This document shows, piece after piece, positions 16,792 to 25,684 of a stretch of DNA of 38,482 nucleotides (position 1 is the stretch's first letter; each line of letters begins with the position of its first letter). Location: positions 1 to 38,482 of the forward strand of contig JBBFKW010000021.1 of assembly GCA_037481835.1 (NCBI GenBank), given 5' to 3'. Below the pieces are notes generated by a model. The model did not search any database. It had not been told where the DNA came from and saw nothing but the letters and a program-made list of their open reading frames with translations. Made by a program: the position numbers and the translations under genes. The DNA is from Desulfosoma sp. GTDB lineage: Bacteria > Desulfobacterota > Syntrophobacteria > Syntrophobacterales > DSM-9756.

Positions 16792-17080
16792 ACCCGCCCT
16801 TCGGCGCATTCCACGACCAGCCGGCTCCTTCAGCGCATGGGCCGAAGGCCGCGCCGATGGCAAGCCCGTAGCTCCGGCGAGAGGGTAACGGTTTGGGCCG
16901 AACGGCGGCTGTGAAGTGCGGGGGTGTGGGTTGGGCGCGCAGCGATTTTTGGGGCGAAGGTCTGGGTTTGAGGTGGCGAGGCGGTGTTGGGGGTGGGGTG
17001 GCAGTGGTGATTTTTGTTGGGGGGAGCGCAGCAAACCCCAACACCTCAAGCCGGCAAAACCACCGAAGAAGCCCAAGAAC

Positions 17081-18070
17081 TCACGCGATCCCCACCGGGC
17101 AGCTTTCATCAGCGAAGGGGAATCGACATTGGGTGTCCAGGGTGCCGATGTAGTCGGTGATGGCGCCGAGCCCTTGTTGGCGCAAAAACCTTTCAATGCC
17201 GTCCAAGATCTCCAGGCAGGATGTGGGGCGCACCAGGTTGGCAGTGCCCACCTGGACGGCCGATGCCCCCACGACGAGAAATTCCAGGGCGTCCAAAGCC
17301 GTTTGGATACCGCCGATGCCGATCACGGGGCAGGATACGGCCCGGAGCGTTTCATAGACGCAGCGCACGGCGATGGGCTTGACGGCCGGCCCGGAAAGGC
17401 CTCCCACAATGTTAGCCAGCTTAGGGCGTCGGCTGAAAGGGTCCACGGCCATGGCGGACACCGTGTTGATGCACGAAAGAATATCGGAACCGGCGTCCAC
17501 GACCGCCCGGGCGATGTCGGCGATGGAGGTCACGTTGGGGCTGAGCTTGGTGATGAGCGGCAGGGAGGTGTTTGCCCGTACCGCAGCAACCACGCGGGCT
17601 GCCATGCGCCCGTCGGTTCCGAAGGCCATGCCGCCTTCTTTCACGTTGGGGCAGCTGATGTTGATTTCCAGCGCGGCAATGCCCGACGCGCCCGAGAGGA
17701 TTCGCGCCAATTCGGCGTAGTCCTCCACGGTGTTTCCCAGGATATTGACGATAACGACGGCGCCGCGCTTGAGAAGCGGCGGGAGTTTGTCCGTGAGGAA
17801 TTTTTCCACGCCCACGTTTTCCAAACCGATGGCGTTGAGCATGCCTGAAGGGGTTTCGGCCAGCCGCGGCGGCGGATTTCCGGGGCGGGGTTTGAGTGAA
17901 ATCCCTTTGACCACGACCCCGCCCAGGCGCGAAAGATCCACGAAGTCGGCGAATTCCAGCCCGTAGCCGAAGGTTCCCGACGCGGTGAGCACCGGATTGG
18001 CAAGCTGCAGAGGCCCTAGGGTGACACGGAGGTCAGGGGCCGAGCCATGATCGGTTGGATTTTGTCCCAT
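17081..18070 (-). CDS. pyrD: Dihydroorotate dehydrogenase 1B, catalytic subunit
   Basis: NPVLTASGTFGYG, GMLNAIGLEN.G, EINISCPNVK, KLSPNV, GGLSGPAVKP, IGIGGI. Confidence 0.95.
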   Translation of the reverse strand: MGQNPTDHGSAPDLRVTLGPLQLANPVLTASGTFGYGLEFADFVDLSRLGGVVVKGISLKPRPGNPPPRLAETPSGMLNAIGLENVGVEKFLTDKLPPLLKRGAVVIVNILGNTVEDYAELARILSGASGIAALEINISCPNVKEGGMAFGTDGRMAARVVAAVRANTSLPLITKLSPNVTSIADIARAVVDAGSDILSCINTVSAMAVDPFSRRPKLANIVGGLSGPAVKPIAVRCVYETLRAVSCPVIGIGGIQTALDALEFLVVGASAVQVGTANLVRPTSCLEILDGIERFLRQQGLGAITDYIGTLDTQCRFPFADESCPVGIA

Positions 18071-18888
18071 CGTATCCTTCTCGGATCAAAAACAGGGCCG
18101 TCTTGACACACATGGACGTAGCGTTCCGCCTGCGGGTCGTCAGGATCCAAGGCCGGAAGAGCGCACCCCAGGCAGGCGCCGATCCCGCACGCCATCATGG
18201 ATTCCAGAGACATTTCCATGGGAAAATCCCTCCCCGAAGCCCACCGCGCCAGGCTCACCTGCATGGCCAGTGACCCGCAGGCGTATAGGCGATCGGGGAG
18301 CTCCAGAGTGCCTTCGTAACGGCGCCTGAGGGCTTCAACGACTGTTCCCGCTTCGCCGCTGGACCCGTCGTCGGTGCTGACCACCACCTGAACCCCAAGG
18401 CGTTTCAAGGGCGACAGGGGAACGAGTTCCGATCGCGTTCGAGCGCCGTAGAACACATGGAGCCGTTCCGGGTGGTCCTTGTGGGTCTTGACGATCAGCT
18501 CGTCCAAAAGCGCCCGAAGGGGGGCGATGCCGATGCCTCCGGCGACGAAAGCCACCGTTTCGTGAGGCCCCGAAGGCGGCGTGAAACCGCGCCCCAAGGG
18601 GCCTACCACATCCACGGCGGTTCCTGGGGGGCGCTGCGAAAGGATCCGGGTGCCCGTGCCGACGACCCGAAGCAGGATCTCAAAGAGGCCGTCGTCTTTG
18701 TGAAGGCGGTGAAAGGAGAAGGGCCGGGCCAGCAGAGGATCGGAACCTTCCGAAGCGACCCGGACCATGACGAACTGACCCGGGCGCGCCGTCGGCACGA
18801 TGCGCGGCGCGTACAGCACCAGCCGATGAATCCCCTCGGCTTCCCGGTGGTTTTCCAGAATCTTCGCCTTTTCTTGAACTCTGGGCAC
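18016..18888 (-). CDS. pyrK: Dihydroorotate dehydrogenase electron transfer subunit
   Basis: PGQFVMV, RPFS, GPLGRGF, AGGIGIAP, YACG, MACGIGACLGC...VCQDGPVF. Confidence 0.93.
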   Translation of the reverse strand: MPRVQEKAKILENHREAEGIHRLVLYAPRIVPTARPGQFVMVRVASEGSDPLLARPFSFHRLHKDDGLFEILLRVVGTGTRILSQRPPGTAVDVVGPLGRGFTPPSGPHETVAFVAGGIGIAPLRALLDELIVKTHKDHPERLHVFYGARTRSELVPLSPLKRLGVQVVVSTDDGSSGEAGTVVEALRRRYEGTLELPDRLYACGSLAMQVSLARWASGRDFPMEMSLESMMACGIGACLGCALPALDPDDPQAERYVHVCQDGPVFDPRRIRWDKIQPIMARPLTSVSP

Positions 18889-18909
18889 GCGACCGGTCCT
18901 TTGCCTGGA

Positions 18910-19698
18910 TCAGGTGAGCGCTACGATGGCCGCCATGCGGCCCGTCGTCTTTTCTCCCCGGTAGCTGAAGTACTTGTCGCTTCGGCAGACGGTGCACTCC
19001 CCAGCCGTGAGGATGTTTTCCGAGCGCACGCCGCATGCTGTAAGCTGGTATCGGCTGATGGCCCAGAAGTCGAAATACGTGGGGCGCACCTGGAAAGACC
19101 ACAGGCTCTGGGGAATTTCGGTCTCATAATGGCGGAATTCGGCGCAGCACGGGCCGAGGGACGGGCTTACAGCCGCGATGAGGTCCGCCGGGTTCGTGCC
19201 GAAACGCGTTTGCATGACCTGAACCGTAGCAGCGAGAATGTTTTGGACGCTTCCCCGCCATCCGCAATGGACGTTGGCGACGACGCCCCGCACCGGGTCC
19301 ACGAGGAAAACCGCTTGGCAGTCGGCGATTTTAATCATCAGGCCCACGCCGCGGCATGCCGTGACCAGGGCGTCGGCCTGGGGGGCGAGCACGAGAGGAC
19401 AGCCGTTGTCCAGAGGGCGGGATGCGCCGCTCAAAAGGTCTTCATCGACGACCGCCACGTGCGTTCCATGCACCTGAGGCGCGGCCACCAAGACGGGCAC
19501 GCCGATCCAGGAGGCGATGCGCCGGAGATTTTCCGCCACCGCTTTCGGGTCGTCCCCGTTGCTCAGGGCGGTATTGAGCGTCGCGTAGGGAGGGCGGCTC
19601 ACCCCGCCGTGCCGGGTAAAAACGGCGTGGGCAATGCCGGGGAGAGCGTTGAGTTCAGGCCATACGAACGGTTCCATGAAACGGGGGCGCTCCTTCAT
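18910..19698 (-). CDS. pgeF: YfiH/PgeF family (laccase-domain purine nucleoside phosphorylase / peptidoglycan editing factor)
   Basis: FTRHGGVS, QVHG, ADALVT, IADC, HCGWRG, YFSYR..GRM. Confidence 0.9.
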   Translation of the reverse strand: MKERPRFMEPFVWPELNALPGIAHAVFTRHGGVSRPPYATLNTALSNGDDPKAVAENLRRIASWIGVPVLVAAPQVHGTHVAVVDEDLLSGASRPLDNGCPLVLAPQADALVTACRGVGLMIKIADCQAVFLVDPVRGVVANVHCGWRGSVQNILAATVQVMQTRFGTNPADLIAAVSPSLGPCCAEFRHYETEIPQSLWSFQVRPTYFDFWAISRYQLTACGVRSENILTAGECTVCRSDKYFSYRGEKTTGRMAAIVALT

Positions 19699-19942
19699 GC
19701 GTCATGCCGAGAACAACTTCCAAAACCTGATCCTGCGGTGCCTCTCCCTTGCCCCACAGGCTTGGGGAAAGACGACCGGGAAACCGCCTCATTCCCTATA
19801 GCAGGCCCACAGGGAAGACAAGAAAAAACAACGGAGTCATTCGGGGCAGCGACGGGTCGACAAAAGGCTCCTTGAGCCTTAAAAGAACCCCGTCGGGAAA
19901 GACGGACGGTCCCGGTTCGCTTAACACAAAGGAGCTTGAATA

Positions 19943-20503
19943 ATGGCGGAAGTCCTGCAAGTCAAACCATGCATGAAAGTCACCATCGATTTCACCCTTA
20001 AAACCACATCGCCCGACGGGGCAGTCACCGAAGCCCCCCCGGGAAGCTGCACCTTCGTCTACGGCGTCGATGTCCAGTATCCTTCGGTGGAGGCGGCGCT
20101 CATGAACAAAAAAGTGGGCGATCGCGTCTCAGTCTATGTCCCTCCGGAAGAAATCTTCGGCCCGTACGACCCCGAACTGGTTCGGGAATTGCCCCGAAGC
20201 GACTACAAGCCCGAACGGCTCAAGCCGGGCCGGATCTACCGGGAAATGCGAAACCGTTCCCTCGTGGAATTCCTCGTAAGGGATGTGCGCGACGACGTCA
20301 TCGTGGCGGACTTCAACCGACCGGGGGCGGGCACCTATGCCGAATTCGTCATCGAGATCAAGAACATTTGTGAAGCGTCCCCGAAAGAATTGCGCCCGTC
20401 CTGCGCCGGTGGCGGAAGCCTGCAGTTTTTCCCAAACGGACGGCCCGTTTCCCAAGGCGCCGCGGGCGGCTCCTGCCAGAAGAGCGCCGCAGATTCGGCT
20501 TGA
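19943..20503 (+). CDS. FKBP-type peptidyl-prolyl cis-trans isomerase, SlyD-like
   Basis: E.AL..KKVGD...V.VPPEE.FG.YDPELV and V.ADFN.P.AG; AAGGAG RBS; no His-rich tail. Confidence 0.8.
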   Translation: MAEVLQVKPCMKVTIDFTLKTTSPDGAVTEAPPGSCTFVYGVDVQYPSVEAALMNKKVGDRVSVYVPPEEIFGPYDPELVRELPRSDYKPERLKPGRIYREMRNRSLVEFLVRDVRDDVIVADFNRPGAGTYAEFVIEIKNICEASPKELRPSCAGGGSLQFFPNGRPVSQGAAGGSCQKSAADSA

Positions 20504-20529
20504 CACCGGTGTATGCCTCCCTGTAAACA
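20500..20529 (+). promoter_or_regulatory. Putative sigma70 promoter of the attenuated operon
   Basis: TTGACA-N18-TAAACA upstream of the leader peptide. Confidence 0.4.
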
Positions 20530-20583
20530 GAAAACGGTATGGGAAAAGAAATACAAGCGAACAAGGCGGGGCACGCAACGGGC

Positions 20584-20658
20584 ATGAACGGCCGAGTATA
20601 TTCAGGTGATTCCTTCTATTACGGCTACGGCTACCTTAGGCGGTCTGCCCGTCGGTGA
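20584..20658 (+). CDS. Tyr/Phe-rich attenuator leader peptide MNGRVYSGDSFYYGYGYLRRSARR
   Basis: 5 Tyr and 1 Phe codons in 24, five of them within FYYGYGY; its 3' end overlaps the antiterminator arm; alternative in-frame ATG at 20539. Confidence 0.8.
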   Translation: MNGRVYSGDSFYYGYGYLRRSARR

Positions 20659-20679
20659 CGCCGACAATCCGCCAAGTCG

Positions 20680-20722
20680 GCCGTGGGCAGACCGCAGCGC
20701 AGGGTTTGCCCACGGCTTTTTT
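20680..20722 (+). terminator. Attenuator terminator 1
   Basis: 14-bp stem GCCGTGGGCAGACC/GGTTTGCCCACGGC (one G-U), 9-nt loop, T6. Confidence 0.85.
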
Positions 20723-20725
20723 GTT

Positions 20726-20759
20726 GGGGTCGTGGGATGTTCCCACGGCCCCTTTTTTT
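20726..20759 (+). terminator. Attenuator terminator 2
   Basis: 12-bp stem GGGGTCGTGGGA/TCCCACGGCCCC (one U-G), 3-nt loop, T7. Confidence 0.85.
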
Positions 20760-20787
20760 GTCACTCTGGGCGTGAGAGGAGGACGGC

Positions 20788-21969
20788 ATGAAAGGGAAGC
20801 ATCGGTGGGTTGTCAGTGTTGTGGGCGTGGTCGCCGTGCTGTTCTGGGCCGCCGGCATTTTTCATCCGGTGAGCGCCAAGGCCGGTAAGGAACCCTACAA
20901 AGTGGGGGCGGTTTTTGCCATCACGGGGACGGCTTCCTTCCTAGGGGAACCGGAAAAGAAGACGGCGGAGATGATCGCCGAGGAAATCAATGCCCAAGGC
21001 GGGATCAACGGGCATCCCTTGCAGCTCATTATCTACGATGACGAAAGCGATGCGACCAAGAGCACCCTGGCGGTCAAGAAGCTCATCAAAACGGATCAGG
21101 TGCCGGTGATCATCGGCCCGACCCAAAGCGACGCCAGCCTGGCCGTCGCTCCCATCGCCGAGGAGGCTCAGGTGCCCCTCATTTCCTGCGCCGCCAGCTA
21201 CAAGATCGTGGAACCCGTCTCGGAACGCCGCTGGGTTTTCAAAGTGGCCGGCTCGGATAAGCACGTGGTGGGCAAGATGTACGATTACATGAAGGCCAAG
21301 GGCATGACCAAGATCGGCATCATGACGGCTTCGACGGGCTTCGGCGCCAGCGGTCGGGAGGAGCTCTTGCGTCTCGCCCCCGAATATGGCATCACCGTGC
21401 TCGCCGACGAACGGTACGGCCCCAAGGATACGGACCTCACCGCCCAGCTGACCAAGATGCGGGAAGCCAAGGTGGAAGCCATCGTCAACTGGTCCGTCGG
21501 GCCGACCCAGGTGCTGGCCGTCAAGGGATGGCGGGATCTCAAGATGGACAACATCCCCCTGTTCCAGAGCCACGGGTTCGGCAATCGTAAGAACATCGAA
21601 CTGGCCGGCGGGGCGGCGGAAGGCGTGTTGTTACCTCTGGCGCGCGTCAACGTGGGACCGCTCCTTCCCGACACGCAGCCGCAGAAAAAGGTGATCATGG
21701 CCTACACCCAGGCGTATGAAAAAAAATACAACGAGCCGGTTTCCTCTTTCGGCGGCCATGCCTGGGATTCCCTGCACCTGGCCGTGGCGGCCCTCAAGGC
21801 CGTGGGGCCGGATCCGGCCAAGATTCGGGACTTCTTGGAAAACACCAAGGGGTTCGTGGGCCAACACGGCATTTTTAACTTTTCGCCCCAAGACCATAAC
21901 GGCTTGAGCAAGGACGACTTGGAAATGGTCGTTGTGAAAAACGGCGACTGGGCCCTCGCCCCCTGGTAA
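20788..21969 (+). CDS. ABC transporter substrate-binding protein, LivK/LivJ fold (likely aromatic acid binding)
   Basis: Signal peptide, KVGAVFAITG.ASFLG, INAQGGING, DTDLTAQLT, FSPQDHNG; AGGAGG RBS; substrate inferred from operon context. Confidence 0.88.
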   Translation: MKGKHRWVVSVVGVVAVLFWAAGIFHPVSAKAGKEPYKVGAVFAITGTASFLGEPEKKTAEMIAEEINAQGGINGHPLQLIIYDDESDATKSTLAVKKLIKTDQVPVIIGPTQSDASLAVAPIAEEAQVPLISCAASYKIVEPVSERRWVFKVAGSDKHVVGKMYDYMKAKGMTKIGIMTASTGFGASGREELLRLAPEYGITVLADERYGPKDTDLTAQLTKMREAKVEAIVNWSVGPTQVLAVKGWRDLKMDNIPLFQSHGFGNRKNIELAGGAAEGVLLPLARVNVGPLLPDTQPQKKVIMAYTQAYEKKYNEPVSSFGGHAWDSLHLAVAALKAVGPDPAKIRDFLENTKGFVGQHGIFNFSPQDHNGLSKDDLEMVVVKNGDWALAPW

Positions 21970-22067
21970 TAGGGACTTTCGGCGGGCGGTGCCGGCGCGA
22001 CGAAATGGCCCTGAGCCGCACGCGCGGCGCCGCCGCCGAACACGCACAGGGAAGGACACGCGTTTCC

Positions 22068-22970
22068 ATGACGGATATCTTTTACGGGGCGGCATGGCTC
22101 CAATATGCCTTGAGTGGCCTGACCATCGGGGCCATCTACGCCCTCGTGGCCCTCGGCTACAACATCATCTACAACGTGACGGAAATCATCAATTTCGCCC
22201 AAGGCGAATTTGTCATGCTGGGCGGCCTGTTCGGAGTTTTCTACTATCAAACCTTCGGCCTCCCCCTCGGGGCGGCCGTGCTCTGCGCCGTGGCGACGGT
22301 GGGCCTCGTCGGCCTGCTCCTGGAACGCTACATCATTCGCCGGGCCAGGCACGTTACGGTCCTTTCCATGATCATCGTCACCATCGCCTTTTCCATCCTG
22401 CTCAAAGGCGGTGCCATGTTGGCTTGGGGTAAGGATCCCTATCGATTGCCGGCCTTCAGCCGAACCGGCGCGTTTCTGTGGCAGGGCGTGGCGGTGCAGC
22501 CTCAAGCATTGTGGGTCTTGGGGATCAGCGCCGTTGTCGTGGGGGTGCTCACGGTCTTTTTTCGCACATCCTTTTACGGGAAAGCCATGCTGGCCTGTGC
22601 GGACAATGCCGACGCCGCCCGTCTGGTGGGGATTCCGGTACGCACCATGGTGCTTTTATCCTTCGGGTTGAGCGCCGCCGTGGGAGCCGTGGCCGGTGTG
22701 GCCATCTGCCCCATCACCCTCATGGAATACGATCGCGGTGCCCTTTTGGGACTCAAGGGCTTCGGAGCCGCCGTGCTCGGCGGCTTGGGCCAGTTCTACG
22801 GGGCCCTCGTGGCCGGCATTGTCCTGGGATTGGCCGAATCCCTGTGTGCCGGCTACATCTCTTCGGGGTATAAGGACGCCGTTGCCCTCGTCCTTCTCAT
22901 GCTGGCCCTGTTTTTCAAGCCGGAAGGCCTTTTCGGAAGCAAGGAAGCCGCCGGGCTCAAGAGGTTCTGA
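22068..22970 (+). CDS. LivH-family ABC permease
   Basis: GAIYALVALGY.IIY..T.IINFAQGEF, LKGF.AAVLGGLG. Confidence 0.9.
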   Translation: MTDIFYGAAWLQYALSGLTIGAIYALVALGYNIIYNVTEIINFAQGEFVMLGGLFGVFYYQTFGLPLGAAVLCAVATVGLVGLLLERYIIRRARHVTVLSMIIVTIAFSILLKGGAMLAWGKDPYRLPAFSRTGAFLWQGVAVQPQALWVLGISAVVVGVLTVFFRTSFYGKAMLACADNADAARLVGIPVRTMVLLSFGLSAAVGAVAGVAICPITLMEYDRGALLGLKGFGAAVLGGLGQFYGALVAGIVLGLAESLCAGYISSGYKDAVALVLLMLALFFKPEGLFGSKEAAGLKRF

Positions 22971-22975
22971 GCGCC

Positions 22976-23959
22976 ATGACATTTCGTGAAAAGATAGGAT
23001 TTCTCGCCCTGACGGTTTTCCTGGCGGTGTTTCCCTGGATTTCCGGGGTGTCCCGGTCCTTCGGCCATTACATCGATGTCATGATTTTCGCCGGCATTTT
23101 CTGCATGGTGACCCTCGGGTTAAGCCTCCTCATGGGCTTTGCGGGGCAGATTTCCTTGGCTCAGGCCGCCTTTTTCGGCATCGGCGCCTACGGCTCGGGG
23201 ATCCTTGCGGGCCACTTCCACTGGAACCCTTGGGCGGCAATGCTCGCCTCGGCCGGGGCGGCCGCCGCGGTGGCCTGGATCGTGGGAGTTCCGGCCTTGC
23301 GGCTCAAAGGCCATTATCTGGCCATGGCTACCCTTGGCTTTGGGGTCATCGTACACATCGTGATGAACGAAGAAGTGGACTGGACCGGCGGCCCTTCGGG
23401 TCTTGGGGGCATCCCGGGGATGAGTCTTGCCGGCCGAAAAATCTCTGGGGATGCCGCTTGGTTCTACCTGGTCTGGGCGTTTGTCCTGGCGGCCTTCCTC
23501 TTCTCCCGCCATGTCCTCCATTCCCGCATCGGGCGGGCTCTGCGGGCCATCCACGACGACGAAAAGGCTGCGGAAGCCATGGGTGTGCCCGTCTCGACCC
23601 TCAAGGTGCAGGTGTTCGTCACCAGCGCCGTTCTGGCGTCCATCGCGGGAAGTCTTTACGCCCATTATGTCTCCTTCCTTTCTCCGGGCTCCTTCGACCT
23701 CATGTGGTCCGTGAGGTTCGTCCTCATGGTCGTGGTCGGCGGCATGCAGAGCCTCTGGGGTGCCTTGGTGGGTACGGTGCTTTTGACCTTTATCGGCAAC
23801 GAGTGGCTCCAGGTCTTTGCCGATTTTGAAATCCTGGTCTACGGGGGCATCCTTCTGGTCATGGCCCTTTTTGTCCCTCAAGGGCTGGTGGTCTGGCTGG
23901 ACGCCGCTTTGCGCGGCAAGGCCCGCCCCGTGCCGACCCCTTCGGATCGCGGGTCGTGA
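22976..23959 (+). CDS. LivM-family ABC permease
   Basis: LLMGFAGQISL.QAAFFGIGAY, LRLKGHYLAMATL, GRALRAI. Confidence 0.9.
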   Translation: MTFREKIGFLALTVFLAVFPWISGVSRSFGHYIDVMIFAGIFCMVTLGLSLLMGFAGQISLAQAAFFGIGAYGSGILAGHFHWNPWAAMLASAGAAAAVAWIVGVPALRLKGHYLAMATLGFGVIVHIVMNEEVDWTGGPSGLGGIPGMSLAGRKISGDAAWFYLVWAFVLAAFLFSRHVLHSRIGRALRAIHDDEKAAEAMGVPVSTLKVQVFVTSAVLASIAGSLYAHYVSFLSPGSFDLMWSVRFVLMVVVGGMQSLWGALVGTVLLTFIGNEWLQVFADFEILVYGGILLVMALFVPQGLVVWLDAALRGKARPVPTPSDRGS

Positions 23960-23962
23960 ACC

Positions 23963-24811
23963 ATGGGTGAGCGTGCCGTGCTCCATGCCGATCCCGTTCT
24001 CGAGCTCCACGACGTGCGCATGCACTTCGGCGGGGTGGTGGCTCTCAAAGGCGTTTCCGCCAGCATTCCTCGAGGGATCATCCAGTCCGTGATCGGGCCC
24101 AACGGCGCCGGGAAGACGACTCTGCTCAACTGTATCAGCGGTCTACTCACGCCTTCTTCCGGCGCCGTGTTGTTCCAGGGGGAAGCCGTCCAAGGAAAGC
24201 CCCCGCATGAAATCGCCCGCCGTGGTTTGTCCCGCACCTTTCAGCATGTGGCCCTCTTCCCGCGCATGAGCGCCCTGGAAAACGTCATGGTGGGGCGCCA
24301 CGCACGGACCCGCGCCGGTTTTTGGGCGTCTGGGTTTCGGCTTCCCTTCATGCGCCGCGAGGAAGCCCGAATCCGCACGGACGCCCAAGCCTGGCTGGAT
24401 TTCGTGGGGCTCGGCGCGCAACGCGACCTGCCCGCCGGAGCCCTCCCCTTGGGCAAGCAGAAAATTTTGGAAATCGCCCGGGCCTTGGCGACGGATCCCG
24501 TTTTGATCCTCTTGGATGAGCCTGCCGGCGGCCTCAATACGCGGGAAACGGAAGAACTGGGGGAGCTGCTCAAGAAAATCCAAGAAAGAGGGGTGACCGT
24601 CGTTTTGGTGGAACACGATATGAACCTGGTCATGGACATTTCAGACCGGGTCCTGGTGCTCCACTTCGGTCAGGTGCTCGCCTGCGGCTCTCCGGCGGAA
24701 ATCAAAGACAATCCCGACGTGATCCAAGCCTATCTCGGCGAAGACTGGGGAGATGGAGGCGGCGGGGCGCCCCGGCGCTCGGGAGAATCGGAGGTGGATC
24801 AAGGACGGTGA
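23963..24811 (+). CDS. LivG-family ABC ATP-binding protein
   Basis: FGGVVAL, GPNGAGKTT, RTFQ, LEIARALA, DEPAGGLN, VEHDM, AYLG. Confidence 0.9.
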   Translation: MGERAVLHADPVLELHDVRMHFGGVVALKGVSASIPRGIIQSVIGPNGAGKTTLLNCISGLLTPSSGAVLFQGEAVQGKPPHEIARRGLSRTFQHVALFPRMSALENVMVGRHARTRAGFWASGFRLPFMRREEARIRTDAQAWLDFVGLGAQRDLPAGALPLGKQKILEIARALATDPVLILLDEPAGGLNTRETEELGELLKKIQERGVTVVLVEHDMNLVMDISDRVLVLHFGQVLACGSPAEIKDNPDVIQAYLGEDWGDGGGGAPRRSGESEVDQGR

Positions 24812-24899
24812 AGGGCCGTGATTTCAGTAAAAGAGCGCTTTCGGGCGAACTCACCCCGAAGGGTTTGGTGTTGACGAGGCTTGCTAAGAATACCGTGCT

Positions 24900-25631
24900 G
24901 TGCTGACCGTTAAAAGCCTCCACGCCTACTACGGCAATATCCACGCACTCAAAGGGGTTTCGCTCCACGTGCGCTCGGGAGAAATCGTCACCCTGATCGG
25001 CGCCAACGGAGCGGGCAAGACCACTTTGGTCCACAGCATCTGCGGGCTCGTCAAACCCGCCAGAGGCTCCATCCTGTTCGAAGAAAGTGATTTGAGTCGG
25101 CTCACCCCGGAAGCCATCGTCCGGCGGGGCATCTCTTTGGTCCCCGAAGGGCGCCAAATTTTCGCCACACTTTCCGTGGAAGCCAACCTGGAAATGGGGG
25201 CCTTCATCCATCGCAAGGATCGCCAAGGGTGGCGCCGGGACATGGACGAGCTCCTGGAGCGATTTCCCGTGCTCCGGCAGAGGCGGCGCCAGCTTGCGGG
25301 AACGCTTAGCGGCGGAGAACAACAGATGCTCGCCATCTGCCGGGCCCTCATGGCCAGACCTCGATTTCTCCTGCTCGATGAACCGTCCATGGGACTGGCC
25401 CCCTTGATTGTCCGAGAAATCTTCGACATTATCCTTGAGCTGCGACGTGAGGGGCGCACCATCCTGCTCATCGAACAGAACGCACGCGCGGCCTTGCAGA
25501 TCGCGGACCGCGGCTATGTGCTGGAAACCGGCAAAATCGTGCTCCAGGGCGAAGGCCGGGATCTTTTGGCCCACCGGGAAGTCCAGAGGGCGTACTTGGG
25601 CAAGGGGGCCAAACCCATTTGGGATGCCTAG
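24900..25631 (+). CDS. LivF-family ABC ATP-binding protein
   Basis: GANGAGKTT, VPEGRQIF, LSGGEQQMLAI, DEPSMGLAP, EQNA, YVLETG; GTG start. Confidence 0.9.
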   Translation: MLTVKSLHAYYGNIHALKGVSLHVRSGEIVTLIGANGAGKTTLVHSICGLVKPARGSILFEESDLSRLTPEAIVRRGISLVPEGRQIFATLSVEANLEMGAFIHRKDRQGWRRDMDELLERFPVLRQRRRQLAGTLSGGEQQMLAICRALMARPRFLLLDEPSMGLAPLIVREIFDIILELRREGRTILLIEQNARAALQIADRGYVLETGKIVLQGEGRDLLAHREVQRAYLGKGAKPIWDA

Positions 25632-25684
25632 GGACAGGATGTCTCTTGGGAATGGTGCAAGGAACATCCGTTGAGGGTGCCGCC

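Larger units (their letters stand above)
20640..20759 (+). promoter_or_regulatory. Transcription attenuator: antiterminator plus two mutually exclusive tandem terminators
   Basis: GCGGTCTGCCC (20640-50) pairs with GGGCAGACCGC (20685-95), competing with terminator 1; the freed CCCACGGC (20709-16) can pair with GTCGTGGG (20729-36), disrupting terminator 2. Confidence 0.85.

Noticed and set aside
20584..20760. T-box riboswitch
   Set aside because: No T-box consensus (AAnnnGGTGGnACC) or stem I motifs; the leader-peptide model explains the structure
20606..20791. 61-aa ORF MIPSITATATLGG from the ORF track as the leader peptide
   Set aside because: Runs through both terminators; the Tyr-rich frame 20584-20658 fits attenuator geometry
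24840..24899. Internal promoter before the second livF
   Set aside because: TTGACG has no properly spaced -10; evidence too weak
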